Under the pieces are notes generated by a model. That model did no database searches and had not been told where the DNA came from. It saw nothing but the letters and a program-made list of their open reading frames with translations. Below are positions 52,001 to 64,000 of a DNA stretch of 64,000 nucleotides, one piece after another. Position numbers and translations under genes: made by a program. This stretch comes from Phallusia mammillata (lineage: Eukaryota), in NCBI GenBank assembly GCA_965637545.1, contig OZ281494.1, positions 11,718,001 through 11,782,000 of the forward strand, in the 5' to 3' direction. The first letter of the stretch is position 1. Every line of letters starts with the position of its first letter.

Positions 52001-55000
52001 CCAATGCAATTCAAATAGGTTTCCTGTTGCGGCAGGATGACGTTGTATAAAAGATAAGATTTTGGTTTTGTAGACGAAACAGCTGCAACATGTTTTAATT
52101 CGCTTACGCATGTCAGGTACTGCGATTACTCGAAGGGTTCACGCAAATCCGCTTGGGTCAGTCATTTGATATTTAATCTGTATCGCTACATTACATAAAG
52201 AGACGATCGAACCGTTGCCCGACAATAGACAAGCATTTTCGAAAAGTAATTGTGGCGCCTTTCAAGTGAACGTTAATCCCTATGTAACATATGTTCAATA
52301 TTTGTGTTCGCTTTTACGACATTGTAATCGTATTGTGAAATTCATTAGGTAAGTAGGAGCGCTACCTTGTCTGTTGTGCACATAGGATTTTTAGTCATCC
52401 TTTATGTTCACTGTCTATAAATATCAATGTGTCTTTGTTGTAAACGATCTTTTGCGTGTTATCTATGTGCAGTGTTTAATAATTACAAAAAAAATAAAAA
52501 ATAAAAAAACGCTACCACAGAAAATTGTTTTATCAAACTGCAAAAATACGTCATACACAAAGTAGGACGTGACGTCAGATTAATTTACCCAAGTGACGTT
52601 ACGTTGTCATATCGTCATTACTTTTTGCCAAGATATTTTCCGATTACGGTGGTCGCATTTTAATTATACATGCCTCGCAAGCCAAGTCGTGTGACATCAT
52701 AGTATTGCTGACGTCACTGGCATGGGAGTACCAACAGCCCGTGAGAGACAAATACATTATCTCAGCTTGCGGCCAGGAGTGTCTGGAATAAGTGATAAGG
52801 AGATTCTGATTAAAGCCTGGAATACTAGGAAGAAAACTTCGTGGCAATGCGTTGCGAAATCTCTGCCCTGGACCTTGGAATTAACACCTTACCTCGTTTT
52901 AGGTATTGACAATAACTCATATGCCATAAAAGTGTCGTTCTGTGGCGGGGCAATTTGACAACGAGGCGTTATACAAAGCTTTGCGCAAACACGGCATATT
53001 ACACAGCACAATTTAATGCCGTCGGGCTCATGAAAATTATCACTATCGGTTATGTTGATAGATTGTGTAAATCGGTAACTAACATTATAAAAATCCCGAG
53101 GTTTACCTTCAAGGACTTCAAACACCAAAAATATGAACATCATGTTAAAACAAACGTTAAAACCGGTGTTTTTAAATGTGCTTTGCAGCTGTATTTGAGT
53201 CAAGTTGTCAAGAAACATCACATTCGTATACATATGCATTTGTTTTCATAGTTTAACTAAGACATTCCCTTAAGTTTTCTAATTGCGCCTCAAGACTAAT
53301 GTGTGCAATGACAACTTTCATCTTAGGCTCTAAACGCTTGGTTATGATCGAACCATTACTTAACAGTATTTCAGTTGTTGTGTGGTCCGCAACAACAAGT
53401 GTATACAAATGCCCGGTTCATGTTTCAGAAGGCACAGGCAACAATATAAAGCCACCAATGGGTTTCAGTCGCCCCAAATGATGCTTCAGGATTAACAGCA
53501 AAGAATGATTTTACTACACAAGAGATGAACAACATTGCAGCACGACAATGCGAGACATTGTTGTTAGGCAATGCTGAGACAAGACTGCGAGTACAAGAGA
53601 CGACTAAATGGGTTGATGAGATACCGATAGGGACAACGTGAATGGACGAATGGCAGGCGACGAAATTTGCTTTACCGTGGATGAGGGACCAACGGCGTCT
53701 CCCTTCTGTATTTGTGATGGAATATAGTTGATTAAATAAGCCTTGATAGGCGCAAGATCGACAATACAAACACACTGACGCCAGTAATTGAGATGGAAAA
53801 AATCTTTATAGGTTTGACTTTTGCGAAAACAGGTGTTTTACCCCGGTAAATAAGTTTCAATTGTTGGTAATTTACCCAAAGCAAAAGTCCAATAAACAGT
53901 TTTAACAAGTATCAAAACCATTACCTCAAATTTTCTGCCAATTTGTAGCATACAAACACTATACAACAGTACAACTGAAGAATTTAGGTCAAATAGACTT
54001 CTTTTTTATTTAAAATGGGTTAAATTTAGTTTTAAAAAGTTTCAAAGAAAGGAATAGGTTGGGAACTTGGTTTTACTTGGATTGGTACCATCAATATACT
54101 AGCGGGCCATTAGTAAATCGTTTGGACTGCGGGGAAGTGTGTAAATTTACACTGTAAATGACTGTTTTTTCAATCTTGTAGCACGAGCGTATTTCAATTT
54201 TACGACACAACATTCGGTTTAACTTAAACATATGGATGTTTTGCACAAACAGGCCAAATGTATTGATTTTTTAACACGTGTGCCATCTATTGGAATCTTA
54301 AATCGCCTTTAGAAGCACTTAAACGATCCGTTTTAACGATTCGTGTGAATTGTGTTTTTGCCAAGCCAATAAAACCTGCTCATAGGCGCCAAACTGACAA
54401 TCAATCGGATGATAGAACGGTTTATAGCAGGAAGATCGGCTTGTTGCGACATACAACCAACACTGATTGCCCTGTTTTCAGAAAATATCAAACATAACGA
54501 ACGACGCTATCAAAGACCAAAATAACCTCAACGACTGAGTACATACACTATTGCGCGATTTATAGGTCATATGAAAACGTTGAAAAGCGAAACTTCATTG
54601 CTGACATACAAATATGAACACATGATTAATGTTGGAAACTTTAGTAAAAGGTTTTCGAAATTAATGGTGAAGGTACAAGAATTTATGTAAAACTTGAATC
54701 ATATCCAAAATATACATAGCAGCAAATTTCTACAAAAGGCATTGCATTGCATTGCTACCAGTACGTTCAGGTCAACTTATTTTCTGAATGCAGTAACATC
54801 ACATTTGCAATGCGGTTTTGTACGATGTAAAGTACATATTTTTTCTGTGACGAGTTTGGACAGTTCGAAACGTTTACAGTTTTTAAGTGCATAAGCTGAT
54901 GACTTGGCAGTTGCGAGAGTTAGAAACTATAGTAGCCAAATAAATCTGTTATTAAAAGCATAATTACTGCATGTTCATGCAAAATTACAAACCCTCTTAC

Positions 55001-58000
55001 CTCGCTGAGTGAACGATTGACTTGCACTCTGTGCCATTTGTCATCGTTGAAAACGCTATTCGGTTTTTCTACGTCGATTGTGTATGCCCCAGCACCAAGG
55101 TTCAACGCAACCTGAACGATCCCGTTCGCAAGGGACAAGCTTACGAAGTCAGCTGACTTGCCTGAAAAGATCGAAATACGTAAAATCGCTACCCTGCTGG
55201 ATTGCTGAAGCGCGTTGCAGGTTTAACGCGGTGCACGGCGAATCCAGGAGTGCACCACAACAGTCACAGGGGAACATGTGTATCAAGGCGCTGGGTGCAT
55301 AAGAGTTCACCAAAATTTGCAGTATGCGAATGAACAGTTTTTTTGTAGCTTTTGTCTGAAAACTGACCGAAAAATCCCCTTATTTGTACATCAAACACAA
55401 GGGTGCATGGAATCAAAGGTCACTGGGTTTGTGTTTTGAAGATTTTACAAATTACTTTGCTTGGTATCGTTTGTACTGAAGGGAGAAAGAAGTATACGAT
55501 ATTACTTAAATATAATAATGTGATATACATAACAAGTGAATTTAGTTTTAGGTATTAGGTATTTAGGTATATTCAGGTCACCATCAGAACTGTACGAAGT
55601 ACATTCGTCTGTACTCTCACTTTATTGATTTATGTATGTTGTGACCCGAAAATGCATCGTACGTAAACAAAAATGCAAGAAAATCGTCCCAATTGACAGT
55701 TGACTTCATTACAAAGCCCACAAACCACCTATCGTTTCAGCAAGGCCTAAAAATAACGTAAATGAATTTCACGCAATAATTGAATTCCACCATCTGTTCG
55801 TATTTCCGTTTCTCAAAAGTCACCGATTGTTTAATTAAAAACCCGAAGTGTAACAGTTTTAAGATTGGGGCATATAAGAGCGGTTTGTGGCCGGAACAGA
55901 GGGCAGCCATCACCATTGCTGATAATGAGACGCCAAAGATGACTAATGGGTGGGGCGCAGTGCGAAACTGTTTATTGAAAATTTCAGCCGCTGTGAAAGT
56001 GGATGCTCATGAATATTTTAACGTCCACAGGGTTTCCAGTGAGTTATCGAGGAAAGCCCAGGTGGGCGGCACACACACTAGAGTGTTTGAAGGTGCACGT
56101 CTCGTTTTTACTCAAAGTGCCCGCGCCTGTCCGCCTCTGAGCTGTAAATAATTCATCAGCAAGTCTTCGATGGCGACACTGAATGCCTCCGCATGGGGCA
56201 TCGGCGCACGATAAGTTTTGGAATTTTGTTTCAATGACCACTTCCACCTTCGGTCAACCACAAGACCGTCACATGCCGCAAGTCTTACCCATAAACGTAA
56301 ACGATAACCTTTCGGAGTTAAATGTTGTTTTTCCTTAATTGCTTTTTGTGATACCATTTTTCTATGAATACAGTGTACTTGAAATAGCAAACTTTTTTAA
56401 CAGGCTTTTTAAACACAATTTTTGCGTTAAAAAGGGATTTTGCCAAATACATATTTGCCGTTTTGCAATGAACAAAAACGTGTGATTAATTTTTAAACAC
56501 TGGAAATTAAACGGCTTTCGCTGGTAAAACCTCCACAAAACACATACTTTTTAAACAAAAAGTTAAAAAGTTAAATATTAAATTGCCAACTACATTTGTT
56601 TACATTTAGGTCAGACCAGGACGCAAATGAAGGAACAACGCTCTTTTTTCCAGTTTATAGAGATCATCTGGTAATTGTATTTTTATATCCCGACGTTTCG
56701 ACGTCCTATACTGCTCGATAACGAATGATTGGGCCTCTAATCTTTGAGCAGGTGCCTGTATCCTTTTTTCCGTTGATGCATAATGCGATATTTCAAACCA
56801 AAGCACACTACGCATCCTTCTACTTTTATCATTTTCTCGCTTAGGGAATTATGTAATGGGGAGCGATAAAAACATCACGCGATAGGAGTGACTAGTTCAT
56901 AGACTAATGTTAGCACGTCAGAAGCATTAATAAAACATGTCGCTCCGATGTCGCAGTTCGCATGTCGTGTTTCGCCGATTACTTGAGTAACCTAAGACGC
57001 AATGGGATCGGCTACAACGAAAATTAAGTTCGCAAATTTAAACGTGGATTCAGTTTCTTTCGATGCCCGGAATTTGCTAGTGCTGTTTATGGGGCATTTG
57101 GCACTTATGCGACAAGCCTAACGTTGTTGCGTGTTCCTATATGGAATTTGGCAACAAGGCATTATGCAATGTATCAATACAAAATTGAATAAATGCAAAA
57201 CAAATACAGTTTGTGAATGTCTGTGTACTATTTCAATGTGAAACGAATATTACTATTGATGGCATGAGCATTTACCAAAACAGTTAAGTAATAAAGCATC
57301 GCCGCTTTTTGCGTCTATTTGGGCCGTCATATTCGTCATGATTCGAATTATTTTGACACTTTTTTGGTTTAACATCACCAGGTTCTTACCAGTGTGAAAA
57401 AGAAGTCCATTGGGTTGTGTGGTTCGAAAAAAGAGGGAGATTTTGTCTTGGAAGGTCGAAACAGCCCGATTCGAAAGTTCGTACTTAAACCATTCCTCGC
57501 CAGTAAAAGTAGCAACGGCTTGATTATACGCTGCGAGACAAATACAGTGATTAATTTCAATAATTTCAATAGTAAGACACAACAAGTACAGCGTTGGTTC
57601 AAAAATTGGAAACATATTCGTTATTCATAAGTTTATGCGTTTGGTTAAAGCAGTGCGTGGATCTCAATCTGAGTGTAACTAAAATTTCAAAATTGGTTGG
57701 ACAAACCTGTACAAAGTTCCATTTCAATTTTACAAAAATTCACGGAATGTGGGGTTGCGATATAAACATATGGGTTTGGGTGAAAGGTTAGAGAGTAAAG
57801 AGCCACGGCGTGTAGATGAGGACAATGAAACATTAAATTTAGACACTTGTTGTTGTAGAAAATATACATTGTTAAATGACGACTCCTGTTGAACACCTGT
57901 TGCGGAGTGTAATTTATGAAATGAATCACTTTTGAACTCTCTACAACATTTCGACACAAGTGAAAGATGAACAACAACTAACTACTTGGCATCACACGAA

Positions 58001-61000
58001 TCTAAGAACGGTAGACACCAAACGAGACTGAATAAAAAATAATATGCTTATAAATCTGTTTGTTAAGCATTAAAGCTTGCAATAGGCCTAGCATATTGGT
58101 TTCATTTTCCATGAAGCTTTTGGGAAAATCTATAATAAACAATCTTCAAACGCACTCCAAATAGTGATATTCTCATGACTTCAAAATAACTTGCAACAAA
58201 GATTTACACATTATGTAATGTATAAGTTATTACCCGGTTTCTTCCGATGAGTCAACTTTTCGGAAAACGAGTTTACCGTGACATGAATAGCTATACCTTC
58301 AGTTTTGCTAATTGTACTATTAACGATTAGCAAAACTATACCCGTAGTCATTAACTATAAACCAAGTCTCAGGAGACAATGCATGGTAAGCAGTTACACT
58401 TATACGCCACGGGAATCGATCCCACGCCCGTGCCAACTTGCGTTCCTAAAATTATCCGTATCTCCCCCAGAGAGCCGTGTTTTCTAAATGTAAGCGCGAT
58501 GTCTTCATACCGCTGCCTCGTTGATTGAAGTTACGAAGTTGTTGCCAGCTGAATTAACATACAGTCGCTTTTCAGAAAGGTCCGAAAGGTTTATGCCCTT
58601 GACTTGTGAGTCAGCAACCTACATAGGTTAACGATTGCGGTCTTTGTGGATTTGTTTGATCCTTTGCCTTGACAGTTTTAAACACTCCTATGCGCTACTT
58701 GAATCCAGTCAACAGTAAAACACATTTAACAAGGCATATAAATCTTTCGCTGTCGCCGATTTAACAGGATTTAAATGTATTCATTGTGAATTGTGATTTT
58801 GTGAGGTTTAAAAATCAACTTTAAATGTGATTGACTTACCAACGGAACAGTTTTACACATGTCTAACTATTTGATTCCACTCAAGCAAAAAAACATGTAA
58901 CCATAACCATTTGATTTGCCTCTGTCATGGAACACGATCTAATGTTTTCGTTGTAATTCAGTAATGGAGGATTCGGAAAAAGGAGGTTTAAATTTGACTT
59001 TAAACGTCATGGGCTCGCCACAGGAACGCAGTAAGCAAATTCCGATGTGAGTCAAAGCCATGTGATCCTGCCAAGTTCGCTTACAATGCTCAACTCTCTA
59101 TTAGCCTTGGGAAAACTTAAACTTTGCATTTTGAATTGGAGCTTTTAAAAAAGCGAAAGAATCGATCAATGACGTCCCGTGACAATCGCTTACGTCATAG
59201 CCCCCGCGGGATGATGGCAAAATAATGGAAAAGCTGAAATTGCCAATCAATGACTGCAACCTTTGTCGTAGTACACAAGCTAGAGATTTACACTCGACAG
59301 ATCATTGGCCCATAAACTCTACATACACGATTTCTTCACTATTGATTGAGAAAAATGCAATGTGCGCATGCGCAAAGCACACAAACATAAAGTTACCTGC
59401 CAGTCAAAAGAGTAAATTTTAATCGTACTGCACCAAATGAGTCTAGAACTCTAGATACACGTAAAAAAAGTAATTTGCCGTTCTTTAACTTTTTTAACTT
59501 GATTTGTTTTTCGTATTTGATGTATATGTTTCAAAGAGACAACAAACACATTAAAAACCTAAGAATAGCTCGTTAAATGATGAAAATGTCTATGTCAGTA
59601 AAATACTACTTTTCCAGACCGCTGGTGACCAGAACACCGGAAGAGCAATTACAGACCAGTCCATATATAAAAGATGTTCTTACAAGTCGGCTCGCTTTTA
59701 TCCTTGGAGAAATACATTAAAGCTATCAGTTTCGAGAATGTAAAGGGACAGACAGTCGAGCACAAAATCGCATTCTTAATATCTCTGAAAGCGACCTTAC
59801 GACCCGGGTTGTCGAAATCCCAGATGATCGACATTCGATACAGCAGTGACGTAGCAATCCAAACAGCGCGATTGTTTTGCCGCTTAACCCTATAATAAAC
59901 GAACAGTAATATATATTATGGCATATTGTAAGCAGTTTCAAAAGCATATAGATCCAACCGAAATTTGTTTTGTTTGGTTATAATAAAACATTTTAATCAC
60001 GTTTAATGTTTTTTATTAATCGCCTCGCAGTATTTTGGCAGTTGATTACACTTCATTGTGTTGTATCAAGTATAATAGAAACGTCACCCTACCCAATCGT
60101 ATGATTTAACATAGCAAATACACCACCGTGGTTTGCATCAATTAAAATGACCCCGTAACCACCTCAAAGAGTAATGTTCGCCTTTAGCAAATATAGTTCT
60201 TGTTACTTTACTTCAGCGGTTTAGCGTTTCACAAATATAGTCGACGACGTTACTACAAAGCATTGAGCAAGGTCACGTATGTTACACAAGAAAATTTTAC
60301 CAGAACACACACTTAACCTATTCCAGTATTGCACCAACGAAAACACACATACATATGCTTCTATTATACGTTCAAGCGTTCTACTTTACATGTCCTTCGT
60401 TATCGCTGTCCTTTTTAAACAAATATATTACATCATAGCATTAGCTTTTTAAGGCATTACAATGTAACGTAGCTCAACGTAGCTCTAAAGTCTAAACAAA
60501 ACAGTTACAAAAAACTTTGTACAATTATAAACGTTTTATATGCAGGTAAACGCCTTATTAAATCCTCACATTTTTAGCTTTAATTACCATATTTAGATGC
60601 ACAAGATGTTTAATATATGTAATAAGTTGAAATCCTTGCATATGCTTCAAAAGAACATGACGTTTAATTACTTTTAAAAGTAGGCCCAAAGTGATTTGCG
60701 CAGAAGAATGTATTTTGTTTTCCAAACAGAGAAATCTTGATTTTAAAATACAGTACAAATATCAACAGTATTAAGTCACATTTACTAAATGAGAAGATGT
60801 CTTTGAACGGATGTACGCTATATGATATGAGATGTACAGCACAGCAATACACGTTCGGGTGTTAGTGACCAATATACGATGTCAAATGGATGAGATACAC
60901 ACAAGTGATTATTGTGGGACAAATAACAGTGACCTTACCTGCGGGTGCGTCCGCCATCATTAGCTGGCCTAAAGCTTTTAGCCAATATCAAGCAATGTTA

Positions 61001-62726
61001 TTATTGAGCAATCATAAGCAACATAAATGCACAAATGCCAGGCACATGAAAAAAATTGTTGGTTATAGTTAGACGATTTTACCTAATCCTGTTTCGTTAA
61101 AAAACTAGAGTTTGCTTTAATCAGTGAGAGAATAACATTATTGGTGATATTTTCATTACGACACGAAATCGTTGCAATCGGCCATACTTTACATAACTAA
61201 TTATAACGTAATAGTCAAAGTTAGGCAGTTTCATGAACTATTGTGAGGCGTGTTTCTTTGAACGTTCTGTTATTATCATTCAGGTGCATGTCATGCCAGT
61301 GAAGAAACTTCGTTCCAGGCCAGCATAGCAGTGTAGGCAAGATGCAATTATATGCTAATCGAAGCATCCATAATAATCATTCTCTTATATGCATCACAGG
61401 CTGTGCATTGATATAATCGCATCTAAACACACTGTTGATGTGACAAACTACTCACGTTCTTCGCAATATTGTCCGGCGAATGATGTCCCGGAACAATCGC
61501 AAGAGGTGTCCTGGTCGCTGACGTAACACACACCGTTGTTCTGACACGGGTTTCTAAGGTGGCAAAACAAGCAAGTTACCTATATACTAGGTTTCAACTA
61601 CAAATAAACATCACAAAAAACATTGCTAAATGCTCATAGCGACATACTACATATCTCTCTCAACGAATCCGGTTAATCGAAATCTGTCTGATAGCAGATT
61701 TCGTTTTATGCATACAGATCCCAAATTGAGGAGCATTATTAGCCGAAAAACGTTTCGATTAATTGCATAGCATTTTTCGCGTAAACGTAAGAAAACTCTA
61801 CATACAGGTGTTACCCTGATGAAGGTGTTTCGTATGGGACATCGAAACGTTGGCATATTAGAACAAAAAAAAGGCCGGAAGAGCTAAAAATTTTGTTGAT
61901 ACAGGTGTTGTTATTGACCAGGATGGGGCCTAAAGCCAGTGTATCCACCACCAGGCCTTTTATATTGGTACAAATATTACCTGAATTCGGTACAAGCATC
62001 GTCCAATGTCTGTTCCAGCACATCATACTTGCGCACGGCTGATACGTATTTTCCGTTGATAGAAATTTGCCGGACATAGCCACTGAATCGGTTTTCAAAA
62101 AACACAGAAGGCAGGGCAAGCTGACTAATCTCGTAACCTCCAGTCAAGCCACCAAAAAATGTTGGAGTAGTTGATATTAGGTCCTGCCCCTCGCCTCGAA
62201 CAGACTGGGATGTTACGTTCCCGTCAACTGTAAACCGTACAGAGGGAAAAGACTTCTCGACTTGCACTGTGTGCCATCTATTGTCGTTCATGTTGTTGCC
62301 TAAAGTTAGAACCACAGTTCTTGGTAGGCCAAACTTAAATCGAAGTCGCAGGGAACGCTGGTACAAAGTAATTGCGATAAAGCTTGAATCACCGTCGTCC
62401 AAGTACATCAGAAATGCATCGCCCAGTTTAGTGCGAAATTGAAAAGACAAAGCCATGTTTCCGTCTATCGGCGTTTTCCAAGTTGGAAATTCAGCGTATT
62501 GTCCAGTGTTGCCGGAAAAATGGAACGTGGTCATTCGGACCAAGTCGCCGGCTATCAAAGAAGAGTTACCCGAAGGCGTAAAGGTTTGACGCTGGGGTCC
62601 AGTGACGGATAAGGAGAGTTCGGAGTCCAGGTCCCACGCACCGAATGATGACGTCACTATGGTCGAGAGCAGCACCAAAATCAGGCAGTCGAATCGATAC
62701 CATATAGTTAAACTTCTTGGTGTCAT
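23557..62726 (-). CDS. NRXN: Alpha-neurexin (signal peptide, 6 LNS, 3 EGF, Cys-loop, mucin stalk, TM, PDZ motif KEYYV); 25 core exons, about 1863 aa
   Basis: Core exons, 5'->3' on minus: 62726-61981, 61553-61456, 57530-57390, 55161-55001, 51455-51291, 49872-49651, 49495-49388, 49182-49063, 48339-48175, 43654-43456, 42937-42824, 42192-42103, 40847-40728, 34983-34848, 34623-34498, 34297-34153, 33882-33729, 33299-33120, 32917-32798, 31610-31426, 29412-29241, 27336-27148, 26794-26646, 26334-26283, 25091-23557. All are GT-AG, phases are consistent, total 5592 nt. Hallmarks include GKSADFVSL, NFVGCLKE, PSTRTDKL, DYLQLSI, VFNSQ, CDDEDMC and C-terminal KDKEYYV. Confidence 0.95.
25669..25781 (-). CDS. 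NRXN: Candidate alternative terminal exon (SS5 position) encoding a GPI-anchor-like signal
   Basis: Phase-1 acceptor CTTCAG|TC gives ...CPNSS-VYSFSQQGCNGATLAMRQWHLLAIHGVLISALTFIVS*. Branch point CTAAC at 25866-25862; AATAAA on minus at 25616-25611. Confidence 0.7.
27771..27857 (-). CDS. NRXN: SS4-equivalent cassette exon (87 nt)
   Basis: TTTGTCGTAG|...|GTACTAAC, phase 1-1, encodes GDARSRFALASPSIAPSARPAVDSWLQGK. Similar to the vertebrate SS4 insert and in the same intron. Confidence 0.85.
28122..28358. mobile_element. hAT-type MITE (about 237 bp)
   Basis: Degenerate TIRs CGATGGTTCCCAACC / GTTTGGGAACTACTA. TSD ATTTAACC / GTTTAACC (7/8). Confidence 0.75.
28764..28926. repeat. Inverted repeat / small MITE-like foldback
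   Basis: Perfect 14-bp arms ACGCCAGGCCTATT (28775-28788) and AATAGGCCTGGCGT (28902-28915), extending outward with few mismatches. Confidence 0.65.
30285..30345. repeat. Imperfect (CA)n tract, (UG)n on the neurexin transcript
   Basis: CACACGCACACCCATACACGCCCACACACACACACAGACACACGCACACTCACACACAG. Confidence 0.85.
30436..30603. mobile_element. Short hAT-type MITE (about 168 bp)
   Basis: TIRs CTGTAGTTCTTAACCT / AGGTTAAGAACCACTG. No clear TSD. Confidence 0.65.
30839..31017 (-). CDS. NRXN: Duplicated LNS6 N-half exon B (mutually exclusive with 31610-31426)
   Basis: CCATCAG|...|GTAAGG, 179 nt, phase 1->0. Encodes HISSSAYLFNKGLITCELSGHSVRYDVLNIAFASRSPDAVLLTVYSAMRNPRDYLRLSI, collinear with exon A. 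Confidence 0.85.
31808..31937 (-). CDS. Candidate beta-neurexin-like alternative first coding exon
   Basis: ATG at 31937 opens MHGVHDFFIQHHQELIKHFTFALFIYVFRLCIALTMPIMIFKV. A phase-1 donor G|GTACGC follows, compatible with either LNS6 exon. Confidence 0.4.
32386..32502 (-). other. Candidate exon between EGF3 and LNS6 (117-nt in-frame cassette, or 5' exon of an internal transcript)
   Basis: TATACAG|...CCCG|GTAAGC. Phase 1-1 and stop-free: LYAYFGPALNINKRHIVITLSDKRNSFYLLADLDVSTLP. Confidence 0.4.
32545..32592. promoter_or_regulatory. Cluster of CRE/ATF-like sites (possible internal promoter)
   Basis: Two full TGACGTCA sites and one TACGTCA half site within about 45 bp, directly upstream (minus strand) of the candidate internal exons. 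Confidence 0.35.
33922..34085. mobile_element. Degenerate short hAT-type MITE
   Basis: CAGAGGTTGTCAACTT ... ATTGGAAAGCCACTG. Shares GGGTAATTT with the 30436 element; TSD only partial. Confidence 0.45.
39247..39731. mobile_element. hAT-type MITE (485 bp)
   Basis: TIRs CAGGGGTGCACAACCT / AGGTTGTCCACCCCTG. Perfect 8-bp TSD CTCTAGTC. Confidence 0.92.
41610..41639 (-). CDS. NRXN: SS3-equivalent cassette microexon (30 nt)
   Basis: TTTTTGTTGCGCAG|...|GTAAGT, phase 1-1, encodes DCSQPNCTAP; compare vertebrate SS3 DCIRINCNSSK. Confidence 0.88.
50261..50306. repeat. 23-bp tandem duplication
   Basis: TACCGTGTGGACTTTTTAAGATG x2. Confidence 0.85.
53676..53705 (-). CDS. NRXN: SS2-position cassette microexon (30 nt)
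   Basis: TCCATCACAAATACAG|...|GTAAAG, phase 0-0, encodes KGDAVGPSST. It lies in the LNS2 intron equivalent to vertebrate SS2, but there is no sequence similarity. Confidence 0.6.
60939..60968 (-). CDS. NRXN: SS1-equivalent cassette microexon (30 nt)
   Basis: GCTTTAG|...|GTAAGG, phase 1-1, encodes RQLMMADAPA; compare the vertebrate SS1 segment LAHLMMGDQG. Confidence 0.85.
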
Positions 62727-64000
62727 TGTGTTGTGCTGGTCTATGATCCGAATAATTTCGTAATATCAGCAAACTAGTTGTAGCTGTGTCCAGAAATGCC
62801 TTACAAAATTTCAGTCTACAAAATCATGGCTAACTGCGCTGTGAAAAAAAATCAAAGGCAATAGATTTTAGGAAAAACCTAACACACTGTAAACGAGCAA
62901 CATAAATCGTTATAACTTCGTTACGAATGCCTTTTACCACTACCTACACTTGTGCAAATTAGGAGAAAACACCAAATGTGCATCGGTTTGTGTTCGGCCG
63001 GTTAAAAGTTTACTGCCAAAGCGCTAATAGTTTTCTTTATGTACGTTCGGGAATTCGCAGACCTCCTTAGCATGCATTATTTATTACACATAGCCGCTTC
63101 CGCACCACCTCCAAGAATTACCAAAGAGAAGAGGAGAGATGCCCCAAAACTGATGAGGCGCACGTTAAATAAACAATAGAGGTAAGTACGATTTCAGAAA
63201 GCTATCGCTGCCGAGTTCGGCCTATTTGACTTTTAGGATCGACAGTTAAACTGTTATCACGATGACCTATTTCCCTTTACATTTCCATTCCACTGCACAT
63301 CTAAAGGTTATTGCTAAGAAATTCAAAACGCATTTCAAAACCAGCGGCTGATAAGCTGATTTACAATAAACTCGTATGACCTACTCGGGTTTAGGTTCAG
63401 AATAGCATGGTTGTGGCACAAAACAAACAGGCAAAAACGACTATTGCTTTTCTAAAATTGTAACTAAAGGGCTCATAAGTTTTGTTTATTTTGGATAAAC
63501 AAATTACTTTATTATTCAAAAAAAGTATTACTTTTCTGAGTTTCTAACCAAATTTACCAGCTTCAAACAGGACACACCATCGACTCCTTTGAATGACTCG
63601 ATACACAACCATAACAATATGTTTTTAGTTTCTCCTAGATAGAACAAATGATTTAACTTAATATTTCAGCTTCAATGTTTTTAACCAGCAGCTCTAGCAC
63701 AACTAAAAACCATTTCGGCGCCGAAAGGTTTAAGAATTAACAATCAATCACTGACATTACCCTCCCCTGTACCGCTTTTTTGTGCGTTTGCACCGGCTTT
63801 GAGGTCGGTAAAGCGACGCATAATCGATTCCAGATGCTGTCGCCGCCCATTCGGTTCCGTTCGCGTTTTAATTAACTTTAATTACCCGAAGAAAATGGAG
63901 CAATCCAGTTTTCACCCACACCTACACCAACGAAAATCGATTCCGAAAATTTCTAAAAAGAACAAGGCTTTAGAATTTAGATGGGCGAAGGGCAACACAA

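Noticed and set aside
56112-56390. 92-aa minus ORF with a GTAAGA donor in the LNS2 intron
   Set aside because: The implied exon is phase 1->0 in a phase 1-1 intron and has no LNS similarity.
58830-59110. Extra SS1 microexon candidates (donors near 58840 and 59080)
   Set aside because: The available acceptors give in-frame stops, frameshifts or very weak 3' splice sites.
1-64000. tRNA, rRNA, transposase or reverse-transcriptase genes
   Set aside because: None recognisable by eye or in the ORF track.

Overview
AT-rich eukaryotic genomic DNA, most likely an invertebrate chordate such as an ascidian. That assignment is inferred from many ~57-66 nt introns, vertebrate-like neurexin sequence and intron phases, and patchy CpG depletion. 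Three genes could be reconstructed by hand with consistent GT-AG splice phases. (1) The 3' part of a very large multi-Tudor gene (+, <1-10684) has at least 11 Tudor domains in one >7.7 kb exon, followed by an acidic tail with AKAP-like helices. (2) A complete 11-exon FLVCR-family MFS transporter gene (+, 13905-21489). (3) A complete alpha-neurexin gene (-, 62726-23557; 25 core exons, about 1863 aa, LNS-EGF-LNS x3, Cys-loop, long mucin stalk, TM, KEYYV end). The neurexin introns hold the most interesting signal. They contain frame-preserving cassette exons at the positions of vertebrate SS1, SS2, SS3 and SS4, three of them with recognisable sequence similarity. There is a tandem-duplicated, phase-locked pair of mutually exclusive exons for the first half of the ligand-binding LNS6 domain. 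An alternative terminal exon at SS5 encodes a GPI-anchor-like signal behind a YCAY cluster. A candidate beta-neurexin-like internal first exon lies between EGF3 and LNS6. Several hAT-type MITEs sit in introns. Coordinates were counted by hand, vertebrate comparison sequences are recalled from memory, and no transcript evidence was available.
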